From Octopus sinensis (lineage: Eukaryota), in NCBI RefSeq assembly GCF_006345805.1, contig NC_042998.1, positions 37,758,001 to 37,822,000 on the forward strand: a stretch of 64,000 nucleotides of DNA, written 5' to 3'. Below, one piece after another: positions 1-14,060 of this stretch (positions within the stretch are counted from its first letter, which is position 1; each line of letters begins with the position of its first letter). The position numbers and the translations under genes are program-made. The notes under the pieces are model-generated. The model was not told the origin of the DNA and did no database searches. It worked only from the letters and a program-made list of their open reading frames with translations.

Positions 1-1096
1 CGAAAGCAATTTGAATTTGAAGTGATATATCTCTGGTGCTAGTGAACCTACAGCGTACCATTCGAATACAATTTTGTTTTCAAATAACTGAGAAAATATT
101 TTCACCAAAAATTGTTTCATCAAATTTGAGTAAAAGACATTATGTAGGTTATATAAGAAACCTTCGTGTTAATTTTTGCATCAACTATTAAAGTAGGTAG
201 ACTTTTAGATTCCACGTGTCTCTGTCGTTACAGACCAGTAACGTGAAACCCAAACTTTAAACCCAATCCTCAAATAATCTTCAATGATAATCCGCATAAA
301 TCAGGTTTAAGGAGACTTTGATAACAGCTTTCCAATTTACTATAGAGAGTAGATTTGTTGACACCGATCAGTGAAAAAGCCGATACAATTTCTGAATTGA
401 GGTTTAAAATGTAACTGAATATTACCCCTGTTCATAGTCCATAACAAAACACAGGGTTGTGTGTTTCAACGGTCGGTCAGTATGTCCATACTCGAATACA
501 CATACATAAACGAAATAACACTCTGACCCTATAGCTATCAATTAGTGAGGGCGGCAAGTGATAAAGTACCTATGATTGTGTCGGAAAAGTGAAAGATTAA
601 TTACATTTAAGTAAAGTGATCCCAACTTTCCAGAGTTTCTACCTGTTCATTGTGTTATTCATCCGGAACATTTGGCACGGAGATGCTTTGAATTCGAAAA
701 TGTTAAGAAATCTACCATAGAAAATGACAGATTTATACTTAAATCAAAAGACTCAACGGAATTTTAGAAATGTTATCGAATAACTGACGTTTGAAGTTAA
801 GTTCACTGATGTCTCTCAGTTGCATTGTGAGGTGCCTGTCAATCAGCGCCATCTTATTACTTTCCTTAAATATAAGTTATTATTCTCGAAAATAGAATGA
901 TGAACAGATGTAAGATCTGAGGTTCCTTACTGGTGTAATGAATCAAGTAGAAACTCTGAAATTAGTAGCACTAGAGCAGGAAGGATTATATTCATTGTGA
1001 TCTTACCAAAGTAATTTTTACTTTCAAAATAAACTGAGAAATTTTCAAAGAAACGTATTGTCGAAAACTTCATTCGCTTCTACTATCTCATTATCT

Positions 1097-1097
<1 letters not shown>

Positions 1098-1145
<48 letters not shown>

Positions 1146-1265
1146 CACATATATATATACATATACACACACATATATATATATACATATACACACACAT
1201 ATATATATACATACACACACACATACATACACACACACACCACACATATACATACACACACATAT

Positions 1266-1302
<37 letters not shown>

Positions 1303-1330
1303 TATATATATATATAATATATATATATAT
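1098..1330. repeat. Compound (TA)n/(CA)n microsatellite
   Basis: Direct reading; source of the IY/HT-repeat ORFs at 1058-1372. Confidence 0.95.
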
Positions 1331-4119
1331 AAAAGAAAGCAAGTGAAAGAATACAAAGACAATTTACAATGACAACTTTATAATTTCCTGACGGGATTTG
1401 ATGACTTACGTTAACTTCTGAGTCTGTCTTGCATATCCATTCACAACTAATTTGTCAATGCTCGTTTTCTCAAACCGCTGGTTACGGAGTCATCTTCTAT
1501 AGAATTGCAATTTATAGCATTACAAGACAACCTGGGTCTAAAGATGATTCACACAATACAGTTTATAATTAAGTTCTAGAAAAACAAGTTCAAGAAATAA
1601 ATTGTCCTCAACTTTCACCGCAAAATACTGCTGTGGATTTCTGCATTCTGAAATTAAGTTTATGATGTCAATGTATCGTACTTTTGAAACACCTGACGGA
1701 GATAATTCTTAATGCTTACACAACAGGTAAATTTGGCGGTGTTTTCAAAAGCAGGCAGCCAAGATGGCCATCTACAAGAACTCGGCTGATAATAACTAGC
1801 GATTATGAAAGTTTTGTAAATCTGGCATTCCCACTAACCAAAAAGTATAGATTACGATCTGAAGATTATCGTATGAGGCACTCAAATGATGTTTGGCCAC
1901 AGTTGATATATAATTGCATGAATGTATGCATAAATGTATGTGTGTTGCGAACAGAGAAAGACAGAGAGGGACACAAACAGTGAGAGAGAGTGGTACACGA
2001 TACTCCACTGCACCGGCATCTTGTTGTTCAGAATTAATAATTTCCTCCATTGCAATTAATATTTTTCACTTAAATAAAATAGGGTTGGACCAGTGCTTCT
2101 CAGACTTTTCAACCTCCAGGTCAGATCTTGGTTATTTTTAGGAGACCGAACCAAAAAAGTAAAACACAAATCAGTTACAGGAAACAGGAATTATATATGG
2201 ATTGTACTGCAGAGGAAAACTTCATGTCAGATTAAACCATTGAGTATTACTAAATATCTTAATTCACCCTTGTAAAGAGTAATTAAAAGGAATGCACTCC
2301 TCATTTCAATTCTAGGTTTATTCAAAGTCAATACTACAAACCAAATAAAGAGTCGTCATTTTTTAATGTTCAGCTCCTTATCGAGCACTAAGAAGTAATT
2401 AGACATTTTCCTACACATCTAAGGTGACCGAGTAGACCGCTGAGGATCAGGTGCCATAGTTGAAGATACAGTACATACACGTGAGCTATTTCGATTGTTT
2501 CATTTCGACAATCTTCATCTTTTGACTGCTGTATGTTTCGTCTCAAATCATTATCTTCAACCAAATTGAAAATTAACTACATTCATCTCTCGGAGGTAAG
2601 GTATTTAGAGAAAAAAGTAAAGGAACAGAAAAACAGGAACTCTGATAATCTAATTACGCTGTCAAGGTTGTGAAAGAAATCTAATTATGTTGTCATTAGA
2701 TGCCATAGTTAAGGCCTTAATTTTATAAAACATTTAATTTCAAACAATCACTTGGTAACAACGTTATTATTCGGAGAGTCAAGCTAAAAATGTTTCGTGG
2801 AGAATCTAGGAAGGAGGATTTGGGTAGCAGGTGGAGATGTTCTTCTGTCTAAGGTATGTAAGTATGCAATATCTATAAATGTGCGTGTGTGTGTGTGTTT
2901 CTATGAGTAAACTTTATACATTTATATATCCGAACGCTAGCCATGAATTCATTCACTAGACTCCACCATTCGGGGAAATAACTACAGCGTGCAATAGATG
3001 TGTTTCTATCACTGAATCAAAGGAGAGATTGATGGGTGAGAATGTGGAATTTATCCTCAACTCAACAACCTACTGAAGTAGCTTGAATCGTATTAACAGT
3101 TTTCTTGATTTTGAGTTAAATATCGGATCACTTGTAGGTTTCACTTAATCGCATTGAAACTGAGCTTCATACGGGGTTCACAACCGTTTACAAAGATCGA
3201 TATAGAATAAATTTAAATACAAGAAGCATTTGCTAATTGTATTTTGAATACTTGGTGACGATTCACCTTTCCTGGGAGAATCTTTTGAAAAACGACAACT
3301 GGAATTAATTGGAATTAAATTTCCTTAAACTAAAAAATATCCTCTGAAATAGAATTTGATTAAAACAGCTGTTTGTGCCTGCATGTGCGAGCGTGTGTGT
3401 ATGAGTGTGTGAGTGTGCGTGTGTGCGTGTGTGGTGTGTGTGTGATTTTGTGTGTCTGATTGTTCGAGCATGCTTGTGAGTATGGTTCGAATCTCCATTC
3501 CCTTCTTAAATCGTACGCATAAATCGACTGAAAGATATTCAGCAATCAAACGTTTAACATTTTATTTTATGAACAAATCAAATTTGTAATGAATTGTCTA
3601 TTTGCGCAAAAGACACTTGAAATTGTATCGACCCCACCATTACAACTTCCATCAGGTACGCAACAGAATATAACTGCGAACATGCTGTGCATTCTGAATG
3701 TACATATATATATATATTCTCCATAAATAACAAAATATCTATTCGTTTTTTTCTTTGACTCAGTTTATTAACTGAAAACAACAAACGGAGAAATACGTAG
3801 AAATATGATAGAGCTCAGTATAATTATTCCTCATATTGAAATAGATGAGTAAATACGAGAACGTGGAAAGAAAAAGACTCATTTGGTCATACATAAACAA
3901 TTGCCTGTTACAATTAGTGTTACAACGTTTTCCTTGAGTAATATCAGCAACTGCGTTTGAAAAGGCAGTTGTTAGGGAAAAAATGACACACTTACGCATA
4001 GGCAAACACACACACATACATGCATACATACATATACAGACTGACAGACAGATACAGAAATGTATTATTTCTATAATCGGTGAACAAATTTCACTAGAAT
4101 ACTTATATGTTTTCAAAGG

Positions 4120-4370
4120 CAAATAAGCACTGACAGCTAGCAAGCCATGCTACTCCAGACTGATGAGGAGCAATGACTCAGAAACTAGTCTTTGGATGCT
4201 GGCTTTGCTGGGTGGAAGTGCTTATCTCCCCCTTTGTAAACATAAGGACAAAGGAAATGTGTCAAGGTCGACAGGAAGTGGTGCTGCTTCCTAGGGCTAA
4301 ATAGCAGTAGTAGTATTCCCTTTCATGGGACAGTCACATTAAGTTGACGACATACCACCACTTTATAGTG
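4120..4370 (+). mobile_element. HHR-bearing non-autonomous unit (Penelope pLTR/retrozyme-like)
   Basis: Extended pairing around the HHR (ATAAGCACT/AGTGCTTAT, AAGCCA/TGGCTT). Downstream tail ATAAGGACA..TGTGTC..CTTCCTAGGGCTAAA is homologous to the arms at 48732-49019. Confidence 0.6.
4154..4196 (+). ncRNA. Minimal type I hammerhead ribozyme with intact core
   Basis: Stem I TCCAGA(4154-59)/TTTGGA(4191-96); core CTGATGA 4160-66; stem II GAG-caatga-CTC; GAAA 4181-84; palindromic helix III ACTAGT 4184-89; GUC triplet with predicted cleavage after 4190. Confidence 0.8.
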
Positions 4371-4405
4371 TTACTACGGTACAAATCTCTATGAGAGATT
4401 CTCCT

Positions 4406-4437
<32 letters not shown>

Positions 4438-4638
4438 ATATTATATATATATATATATATATATGAAATGTATAAATAAATGATGCGTAAAGCACCGTCA
4501 CAGTTTCGATCACCTGTTGTTATCCGTAGATTTACAAGAACAACTTCGTAGTGGTGATTGGGTTAACAGTAGTATTATTACTGTGTTGTACCCAATAAAG
4601 TCTATTACACATTTTATCTCCTATTTTATTAATAAAGT

Positions 4639-4685
<47 letters not shown>

Positions 4686-5289
4686 AATATTTGTCATGTT
4701 TTCAAAATCTGGAGTTTTTGGCATTCACATGTTTTGGTCCATCATTCAGCAATTTGGCAATGAGTAACATCTTCTTTGCCAGCCGACGAAAACTTTTTCT
4801 TAATTTTTTTTCTATTGTTTTTCTAAAATGGCATTTTACACTCGAGGCTGGCGTTACCGCAATCTATACTAGTGTATATATTGCTCCAATGTCATTATTG
4901 CCGCTCACTAAGCAGGGTAATTTTAAACAACGGTGAGCAACTAACAGTTGTAGATGTTTTAATGATCTGAGACAATGCCATTTATCGCATTTACCCAAGC
5001 TAAAGTCAGTCTCCCACTATGAAATACTAACTGTAGGTCTCTCTCTCTCTTTGAGCAACAAGCGCCACAATTTGATATCCCAGTCAATTTCACTAATACA
5101 ATAAATTTTGCTACTCTTAAAAGTGCTGATACCGACACACACACACACACACACACACGTGCACTAACAGAAAGAAGGGAAGGAATACAGATATGTATAC
5201 ATACATAAGGGTGTACACATACTCACAAATGTTTGTGTATATATGAGTGTATATGGATTACTGTATACATATACTTATATATACACACA

Positions 5290-5301
5290 CAAACACGTAC
5301 A

Positions 5302-5340
<39 letters not shown>

Positions 5341-5443
5341 GTATATAGATATTATTCATATATATAATATATATATATATATATACGTATATAGTATATT
5401 CATATATATTATATAGATATATAATATATACGTATATAGTATA

Positions 5444-5478
<35 letters not shown>

Positions 5479-5643
5479 GTATATAGTATATTCATATATA
5501 TAATATATACGTATATAGTATTATATATATATATATATATAATATATATATACAGTATCTATAGTATATTCATATATATATATATACGTATATAGTAGTT
5601 ATTCATATATATATATATATATATTATATACGTATATAGTATA

Positions 5644-5678
<35 letters not shown>

Positions 5679-5692
5679 CGTAATATAGTATA

Positions 5693-5729
<37 letters not shown>

Positions 5730-5835
5730 GTATATAGTATATTCATATATATATATAATATATATATATATATACGTATATAGTATATTCATATATATAT
5801 ATATATAATATATATATATATACGTATATAGTATA

Positions 5836-5870
<35 letters not shown>

Positions 5871-6333
5871 GTATATAGTATATTCATATATATAGATATT
5901 ATTATATATATATATACGTATATGTATATTCATATATAGATATATATATATATATATATATATACGTATATAGTATATTATATAAATTATATATATTATA
6001 TATATATATATAATATATATACGTCTATAGATATATATATATATAATTATATCTATATATTATATACGTATATGTATATTCAGATATATATATATATATA
6101 TATATCGAATATATAGTATATAGTATATTCATATATATATATATATTATAGATATGAATATTACGTATATAGTAAGTCATAGAGCTATATATTCATATAT
6201 ATATATATAATATATAGTATATAGTATATTCATATACTATATATATATATATATATATAATATATACGTATATAGTAATATCATATAGATATATATATAT
6301 ATATATTATATATATATATACGTATATATTATA

Positions 6334-6370
<37 letters not shown>

Positions 6371-6500
6371 GTATATATTATATTCATATATATATATAAT
6401 ATAATTATATATATTATATATACGTATATATTATATTCATATATATATATATATAATATATATATTATATATACGTATATATTAATATTCATAATATATA

Positions 6501-6537
<37 letters not shown>

Positions 6538-6830
6538 GTATATATTATATTCATATAATATAGATATATAATACGTATATGTATATTATATATAATATAT
6601 ATATATTATAGATATATATATATATATACGTATATAGTATATTCAATATATAGTATATTCATATATATCTATATATATATATATTATATTATATATATAC
6701 GTATATAGTATATTCATCTATATATATATATATATATATAATATATTATATTATATATCATATATATATACGTATATAGTATATTCAATATATATATATA
6801 TATAATATATATATATACGTATATAGTATA

Positions 6831-6862
<32 letters not shown>

Positions 6863-7838
6863 CGTATATAGTATATTCATATTATATATATATATATAAC
6901 GTATATAGTATATCATATATATAATTATATATATAATACGTATATGTATATTCATATATATATATATATATATATCTACGTATATAGTATATTCATATTA
7001 TATATAGATATATAATATGATATTATATATATATATATATACGTATTAGTATATTCATATATATATATATAATATATATAATATATAATAATACTTAGAT
7101 AGTATATCCTATATATATATATATATATATATAAATATAATATATACGTAATAGTATATTCATAGTAATATATATATATATATATATATATATAGCGTAT
7201 ATAGTATATTCATATATATATATATATATTTATAGACGTATATAGTATATTCATATATATATATATATTTATATATAATATATACGTATATAGTATATTC
7301 ATATATATATATAATATATATATATACGTATATAGTATATTCATATATATATATATATATATATATATAGATACGTCTATTAGTATATTCATATATATAT
7401 ATATATATATATATATAGATACTATATATATCTCTATATATATCTATGATATACGTAATATAGTAATTCATATATATATATATATATATATATATACGTA
7501 TATAGTATTCATATTATATATTATATATATATACGTATATAGATATTCATATATATACTAATATATATATATACGTATATAGTATATTCATATCTATATA
7601 TATAGATATATATACGTATATAGTATATTCATATATATATATATATATCGATATATATATACGTATATAGTATATTCATATAATATATATATATAATATA
7701 TATACGTATATAGTATATCATATATACGTATATAGTATATTCCATATATATAATATATATATATATAATATACGTATATAGTATAATTCATATATATATA
7801 TATATATATATGTTAGATATACGTATATAGTATATATC

Positions 7839-7869
<31 letters not shown>

Positions 7870-8330
7870 CGTATATAGTATATTCTATATATATATATAT
7901 ATATATGTATATATACGTATATAGTATATTCATATATATATAATATATATATACGTATATCGTATATTCCTATATATATATATATAATCGTATATAGTAT
8001 ATTCATATATATATAATATATATATACGTCATATAGTATCTTCATATATATATTATATATATACGTATATAGTATATTCATATATATAATATATATATAC
8101 GTATATAGTATATTCCTATATATATAGATATATACCGTATATAGTATATTCATATATATATATATATATATAATATATAGTATATATACGTATATAGGTA
8201 TATTCGATATATATATATAGATATATATCTATATATATTATATACGTATATAGTATATTCAATATAGATATATATATATATAATATAGACGTATATAGTA
8301 TATTCTATATATAATATTATATATAAAAGT
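5290..8330. repeat. About 3 kb AT-only minisatellite, unit TATACGTATATAGTATATTCA(TA)n
   Basis: Dozens of copies of the ACGTATATAGTATATTCAT core separated by variable TA runs; noisy, possibly sequencing error. Confidence 0.9.
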
Positions 8331-10778
8331 ATACTAAGCAATAAGGGTTAGCAAGCGAGTTGCCTTACCACATACCGAATTTAGAAATAGCAGTCAAAGG
8401 GTTATAGCTATTTCTTCTACTAAAAAAGGGAGATCTCAAATAAAACAGCATTTGGAAGGCAGACACAAACAGGTAAGGGAGAATGAATTGACTGCAATCT
8501 ATCATACATTTTTTTAGTTATATATATATATTATAATATATAGATATATCTATATATATATATATATATATAGTATATATAGTATATTCAATATATATAT
8601 ATTACTATATATATATATATATATATCTATATATATATACAAACGTATGTATGAATATAGTATATACGCGTTCTTATTATATATACACACGTGTATATAT
8701 ATATATATACGTATATATTTATATATATACGTATACACACACTCATTACATGTATATACACACATACATATACGTGTACATACATGTCTGTACAATAACA
8801 GTAATGAACAACGCAAAATCATTTTAAATATTTTGTCACGAACACGACTTGAGAAATGTTAAAAAACATTCTTATATTTTCTGACAAAGAAAAAAACTCT
8901 GAGCCTAAACAATGCCAGAAACGGTGAATGACAACGGTAATGTCCAACACTCGAGGATCGCAAAACTTGTGTGTTTACTTCCACTTGAAAAGAATTCTTT
9001 CAAAATAAAATCCAATTCCAGAAAACGTATTTGCGATCTTAATATTCTTTCTTAACATAAATCAACATATGAATATAAGAATCCCGTGCTGTGGCTTGCA
9101 TCCAGCAATGGGTTCTGTTTTCCCTTTCTAATATCCTCAGAGTGTAGGGACTTGAGGTCATACGATAAAGAAGTGGAAAATGGCGATAAAGTGTGGCTCA
9201 TTTTGTATGCTTTGTATACTCTGGATACTTCGAACAGAACTTGGTCCAGTAGCTCTGAATAATATTACTCTTCTAACACACGCACACCACGCACGCACAC
9301 GCACACACACACACAACACACACACACACACACACACACATATTTGCGGGTTAAAATGGCCACCGATGGTTTTAGGTAATGAGGGTTCTCTTTACAATTA
9401 TCACGCTTGCTGCATTGCAATATTATTACTCGTTCACATGTCGCAGGCTTGATAATTGGAAAGATATTCCTTTATACAGGAAACCATTGGTATCCTTGTT
9501 AACCCAAAAATATCCATCTACTAATATAGTGTTGCTTAGTCATTCTCACTGTTTGATATTAGCGTATATATATTGCCAATGTATGTACATTCACCAATGT
9601 TCATACATCCTCTAATGTATATACATTCAACAGTAATATCAAACCCAAAAGAGAGATTCGAAAGCAGGCCTTTTTGTCAGATGTGAATTTTTCATTTTTT
9701 TTGTTGTATATCCCCCACCCCACCATGTATCCCCCATCTTTGAATCAGATGTTGTTTTTTCTAGGCACAACGTAGAGCTGGAATCTAATTCCACTACAAC
9801 TACACTGTACAGCAAGCAATGTTCTAACATTAGTTGAAGGGAATTTTAGATTTAAATCACCAAATATTCAGCATTATACGAGTCAGTGGCACCATGTGTA
9901 AGAATATTTTTATCAAAGTAGTTCGATAAATCTTCGGTACTACTTTCATATTCAAGGAAAAGAAGCCTTATGGAATCTGAAATGAAAGCGATTGAAATAA
10001 GATCAAGATGTCCATCGCTAAACATGAGGTTATGTAGATATTCATAGAGCAATGTAGGTATCGATTTAATAGAAAACATGGAGGCATTCAAAGTTTTACG
10101 TGTGTTTTTTTTTATATTCCAAACTATATACATTCGCATTACAGTTGTTAGCAGAAATATTCGAACGTTTGACATAGCGCCTTGTGGAATTTCATGAAGA
10201 TATTTCCCATTTTGTTTTCAAAATCCTGTTGAAAACAATTTTGCTTCAAATCATGTGGGAGTTAATGAATTACTAATGAAGAATTTGAGCCAATGTAGTC
10301 CACTGTTGCTATATTAAAAAATGTCTCTCTATTTGACTAAGGAATTACTGTTATTATTAGTTTTATTGACAGAGATGGTGTTTGGAACTGTCCGTGCAAC
10401 GTTAGTCAAAAGAATATAAAATTATTTAGTCTTCATTTCCTGATAAGATTCACTTCCACACGCACAATTTCTCCCGATTATACGATAGATTTGATCAAAT
10501 GTTCCTTCTTTCCAAATGTCAAGCCGTAAATAAATTCTGAAAAATGTTTTATTCTTTTGCTTAGATCAGTCATTGGAAATAGACTGATATAGAAACCGGG
10601 GTACCCCCTGGAAGAGTTGATGCGATTCAATCGATGTCAGTACTTGTCGCAAGAATAGTGTTTATTTTGTCGGTCTGCTACGTTACAAGACGTAAGCAAA
10701 GGAACAACGTCAAGCTATGCCACATATGCATAAATCTACATACATATAAGCATACATACATATATCACTGTCTATCTA

Positions 10779-10825
<47 letters not shown>

Positions 10826-10845
10826 ATATATATATATATGTTTAT

Positions 10846-10879
<34 letters not shown>

Positions 10880-10880
10880 A

Positions 10881-10986
10881 TATTAGAGATAAAACCACTA
10901 TTGCAACTCAAAGAGTGATAGACATAAGCCAATATATACTTTTTTAAAAATATATAACATATTTATATATTATATATCTTAATAAT

Positions 10987-11019
<33 letters not shown>

Positions 11020-11215
11020 TATATATATATTAGAAATAAAACCACTATTATGCAACTCAAAGAGTGATAGACATAAGCCATATATACTTTTTTTTAAATA
11101 TATAACATATTTATATATATATATATATCTTAATATATATATATATATTGGTTATTCATGTATTGGTTTATGTCTACCACTGTTTGATTTGCGAAAATAG
11201 TTGTTTTACCTCTAA
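10881..11215. repeat. Two tandem copies plus one inverted copy of a ~55-100 bp segment upstream of an HHR
   Basis: TATTAGAGATAAAACCACTATT..GTGATAGACATAAGCCA at 10881 and ~11028; diverged reverse complement TATTGGTTTATGTCTACCACTG..TTTTACCTCTAAT at 11161-11215. Confidence 0.8.
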
Positions 11216-11281
11216 TTTATAATTTATATATTTATACAGTGAAATTTGATTTAATACATTATATATATATATATATATACT

Positions 11282-11329
11282 GTCTCTGATGAAGGGATAC
11301 ACCTAATATCCCAGAAACAGGTGTAAGAC
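11282..11329 (+). ncRNA. Minimal type I hammerhead ribozyme
   Basis: Stem I GTCT/AGAC; CTGATGA 11286-92; stem II GGGATA/TATCCC; GAAA 11314-17; helix III ACAGGTGT (one base from palindrome ACAGCTGT); GUA triplet. Confidence 0.7.
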
Positions 11330-11409
11330 TAATTTTCTCTTTGTAAATGTCCTGAAAATTCCACATAGCCTTGCAGTGTTGTCTCATTTTCTGTAACACA
11401 CGAACACAT

Positions 11410-11546
11410 AGATAACTTAGAGATGTTTCGACCAAAGATTGGTCCAGGCCATGTGTAACTTAATATCACCACTTGATACAATTATCTAAATAATTCTTAA
11501 GTTAGGTTTCGTGGTATCATGGTTCATTCGAGTACGGAGTTCTTGT
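11410..11546 (-). mobile_element. 3' end of the same CR1-like LINE as 23270-23890, running into the gap
   Basis: Reverse complement CAAGTGGTGATATTAAGTTACACATGGCCTGGACC..GTCGAAAC matches 23847-23895 CAGGTGGTGCTATTAAGTTAGACATGGCCTGGGCC..GCCGAAAC. Confidence 0.65.
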
Positions 11547-11646
11547 NNNNNNNNNNNNNNNNNNNNNNNNNNNNNNNNNNNNNNNNNNNNNNNNNNNNNN
11601 NNNNNNNNNNNNNNNNNNNNNNNNNNNNNNNNNNNNNNNNNNNNNN
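11547..11646. other. Assembly gap (100 N)
   Basis: Run of N. Confidence 1.
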
Positions 11647-11671
11647 TAGAGATAGATAGGTAGGTAGGTAG

Positions 11672-11764
<93 letters not shown>

Positions 11765-11918
11765 GTAGGTAGATAGATAGGTAGGTAGATAGATAGATAG
11801 ATAGATAGATAGGTAGGTAGATAGGTAGGTAGATAGATAGATAGATAGATAGGTAGGTAGATAGGTAGGTAGATAGGTAGGTAGATAGATAGGTAGATAG
11901 ATAGGTAGATAGATAGAT
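11647..11918. repeat. (GATA)n/(GGTA)n tetranucleotide array
   Basis: Direct reading. Confidence 0.95.
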
Positions 11919-12486
11919 ACTGCTAGACAACACTGTAGGGCACTAGACATATAGACCTGTTTGGTCTAGAATGTGGACAAGAACTGGGACAAGATAATAA
12001 GTGTACCCAATTTTATCCAGAAATGGGTCGAGCAGAAGCTTTTCGTTAAGGTAAGACGGAGTGGTGAACGCCTACATAGCGTTATCAGTTCTATACTTCA
12101 TAGCTCGCTTGTTTTAATTTAAGAATAGACATTATGTTATATAGAATACAAGGCTGTATCGCAGCAATAATCTTGACAATATAATTTTCCTCTTCAGTAT
12201 AAAGAAAACAGAGAAGAAATATAATTGTTCGGGACCCAAGGAAATTGTGATGATGCGCTGTTTATGCCAGATAAACAAAAATTGAACCAAGAGGCAAAAA
12301 ATAGGGATAAAATTACCTGTGGATCATTTATTTGGAGAATCCACGTTATAAAACAGGTAAGCAAAAGAAATCTAAAATAATATTATATTCTACCTTGACA
12401 TGTTATTCGAAGATATTAATCAGCCTAAGTAATACATTATTTACATTTGACGAATATTTGTCTTTATCTTCTTTGTTATTGCCCGT

Positions 12487-12532
12487 GGGCAAATGGTGTA
12501 GTGGTTAAGAGCGCGGGCTACTAATCCCGAGA
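12487..12532 (+). mobile_element. Truncated tRNA-derived SINE head
   Basis: GGGCAAATGGTGTAGTGGTTAAGAGCGCGGGCTACTAATCCCG: A-box/D-arm and anticodon-arm-like, no T arm. Confidence 0.55.
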
Positions 12533-12602
12533 CCTAAATAATAATAATAATAACATCGAAAATAACTTAGGAATGAGAACCCAGGTTCGAAATTTTCCCC
12601 AA

Positions 12603-12648
12603 GGTACCTGATGAAGGCTGGAGGGTATATCAGCCAAAACGTTGTGTT
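12603..12648 (+). ncRNA. Degenerate type I hammerhead (G12 to A) in a pLTR-like unit
   Basis: CTGATGA 12608-14, extra A, stem II GGCTG/CAGCC, AAAAC instead of GAAAC, ACGT palindrome, GUU triplet, stem I GGTAC/GTGTT (wobble-rich). Confidence 0.6.
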
Positions 12649-12914
12649 AACAACAAACAAGATGAGGACAAATATCTGTCAAACGTAAATATTTACAGTA
12701 TAATATATAAGTTGCTACTATTTTTGTTTCATTCTCTTGTCATATCGTTTCCCAAAACTTTGTACATCAATTAAAACCATAATACTTTGATAGTGCGGTT
12801 TCCAGTGTTGTCGATCTTGGATAAAATTGCAGACCAAATAAATGTAGTGCATGTTGAAATTTATAAGAGATCATGTTTTGGGGTTTTTTTAAAAAAAAGT
12901 CTACATAATAATCC

Positions 12915-13309
12915 TCTCTACTATAGGAACAAGACTTGAAATTTGGTGGGAAGAGGACTAGTCGATTACATTGACCCCAGTGCGTAACTGGTACTTGATT
13001 TATCGACTCCGAAAAGATAAAAGGCAAAGTCGATCTCGGCTGAATTTGAACACAGAACATAGCGGCAGACGAAATACCTATTTCTTTACTACCCACAAGG
13101 GGCTAAACACAGAGGGACAAACAAAGACAGACAAACAAAGACTAGTCGATTATATCGACTCCAGTGCGTAACTGGTACTTATTTAATCGACCCCGAAAGG
13201 ATGAAAGGCAAAGTCGACCTCGGCGGAATTTGAACTCAGAACGTAGCGATGGGCAAAATACCGCTAAGCATTTCGTCCAGCACGCTAACGATCTGCCAGC
13301 TCCCCGCCT
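12915..13309 (-). mobile_element. SINE family A (tRNA-like head), two tandem partial/complete copies
   Basis: Repeated GTCGATTA..CCAGTGCGTAACTGGTACT..GGCAAAGTCGA..GAATTTGAAC blocks; same family at 24000, 24690, 33917, 45277. Confidence 0.85.
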
Positions 13310-13772
13310 TACTAATTCTCCATAATAATACTGAATTTTTATTGAAGCGTATAACACTTTTTGCTGAAAACGGATATAGTTCATCTAATATAACAAAGAA
13401 AGTAGGTCGTTAATTGAGTAGGAACGCGTGGGAGCGAAAGTACACCCCCTCCAACATAATTCCAATTAAATCATAACACAAAAAACAAGATAATTAGTTC
13501 GGTATTTTACCAGCTGTGCACCCAAAGGCTGAAATTATATCATTGTTTCTAATTTAGATACAAGGATAGTAATTTCAGAGCAGACTTTAGTCGATTGCTT
13601 TTATTTGAGGATTGATTGCCAGTTTATACAATTTCCAGAAACACGAAAGTTAATGTCTACTTCTGAGAGATTTGGATGCAGATCTGAAAGAGCAGAAACG
13701 GCGTATGCTCTGGTTTTAAACATTGTAGCGATACATCCATCCGGCCTGTATTGAATTATAAGATAATTCTTG

Positions 13773-14060
13773 TGGAGGCACATGGCCTAGTGGTTAGAGC
13801 AGCGGACTCGCGGTCGAGGGATCGCGTGTTCGAATCTCAGACCGGGCGATGTGTGTGTTTATGAGCGAAACACCGGTAGAAGGTAATGGCGAACTTCTGC
13901 TGACTCTTTCGCCACAACTTTCTCTCACTCTTTCTTCCTGCATCTTGCAGCTCGCCTGCGACGGACCGGCGTCCCGTCCAGGTGGGGAACCTATACGCCA
14001 AAGAAACCGGGAAACCGGCCCTTATGAGCCAGGCATGGCTCGATAAGGAACAAACAAAAA
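13773..14060 (+). mobile_element. SINE family C: tRNA head plus V/Meta-like central domain, 15-bp TSD
   Basis: A box TGGCCTAGTGG, B box GTTCGAATC; CCTGCGACGGACCGGCGTCCCGTCCAGG domain; TSD ATAAGATAATTCTTG at 13758-72 and 14061-75. Confidence 0.85.

Noticed and set aside
1058-1372. ORFs rich in IY, CV, HT or LSIY repeats here and throughout the track
   Set aside because: Translations of (TA)n, (TG)n and (GATA)n microsatellites
1684-1983. 99-aa ORF
   Set aside because: No recognisable motif; ends in simple repeats
5290-8330. Regular repeat-spacer appearance suggesting CRISPR
   Set aside because: Spacers are only (TA)n, the context is eukaryotic and there are no cas genes
13773-13850. tRNA gene-like sequences (also 12487, 26513, 38483)
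   Set aside because: SINE heads: no closed acceptor stem, and they continue into SINE bodies, two with TSDs or TSD candidates
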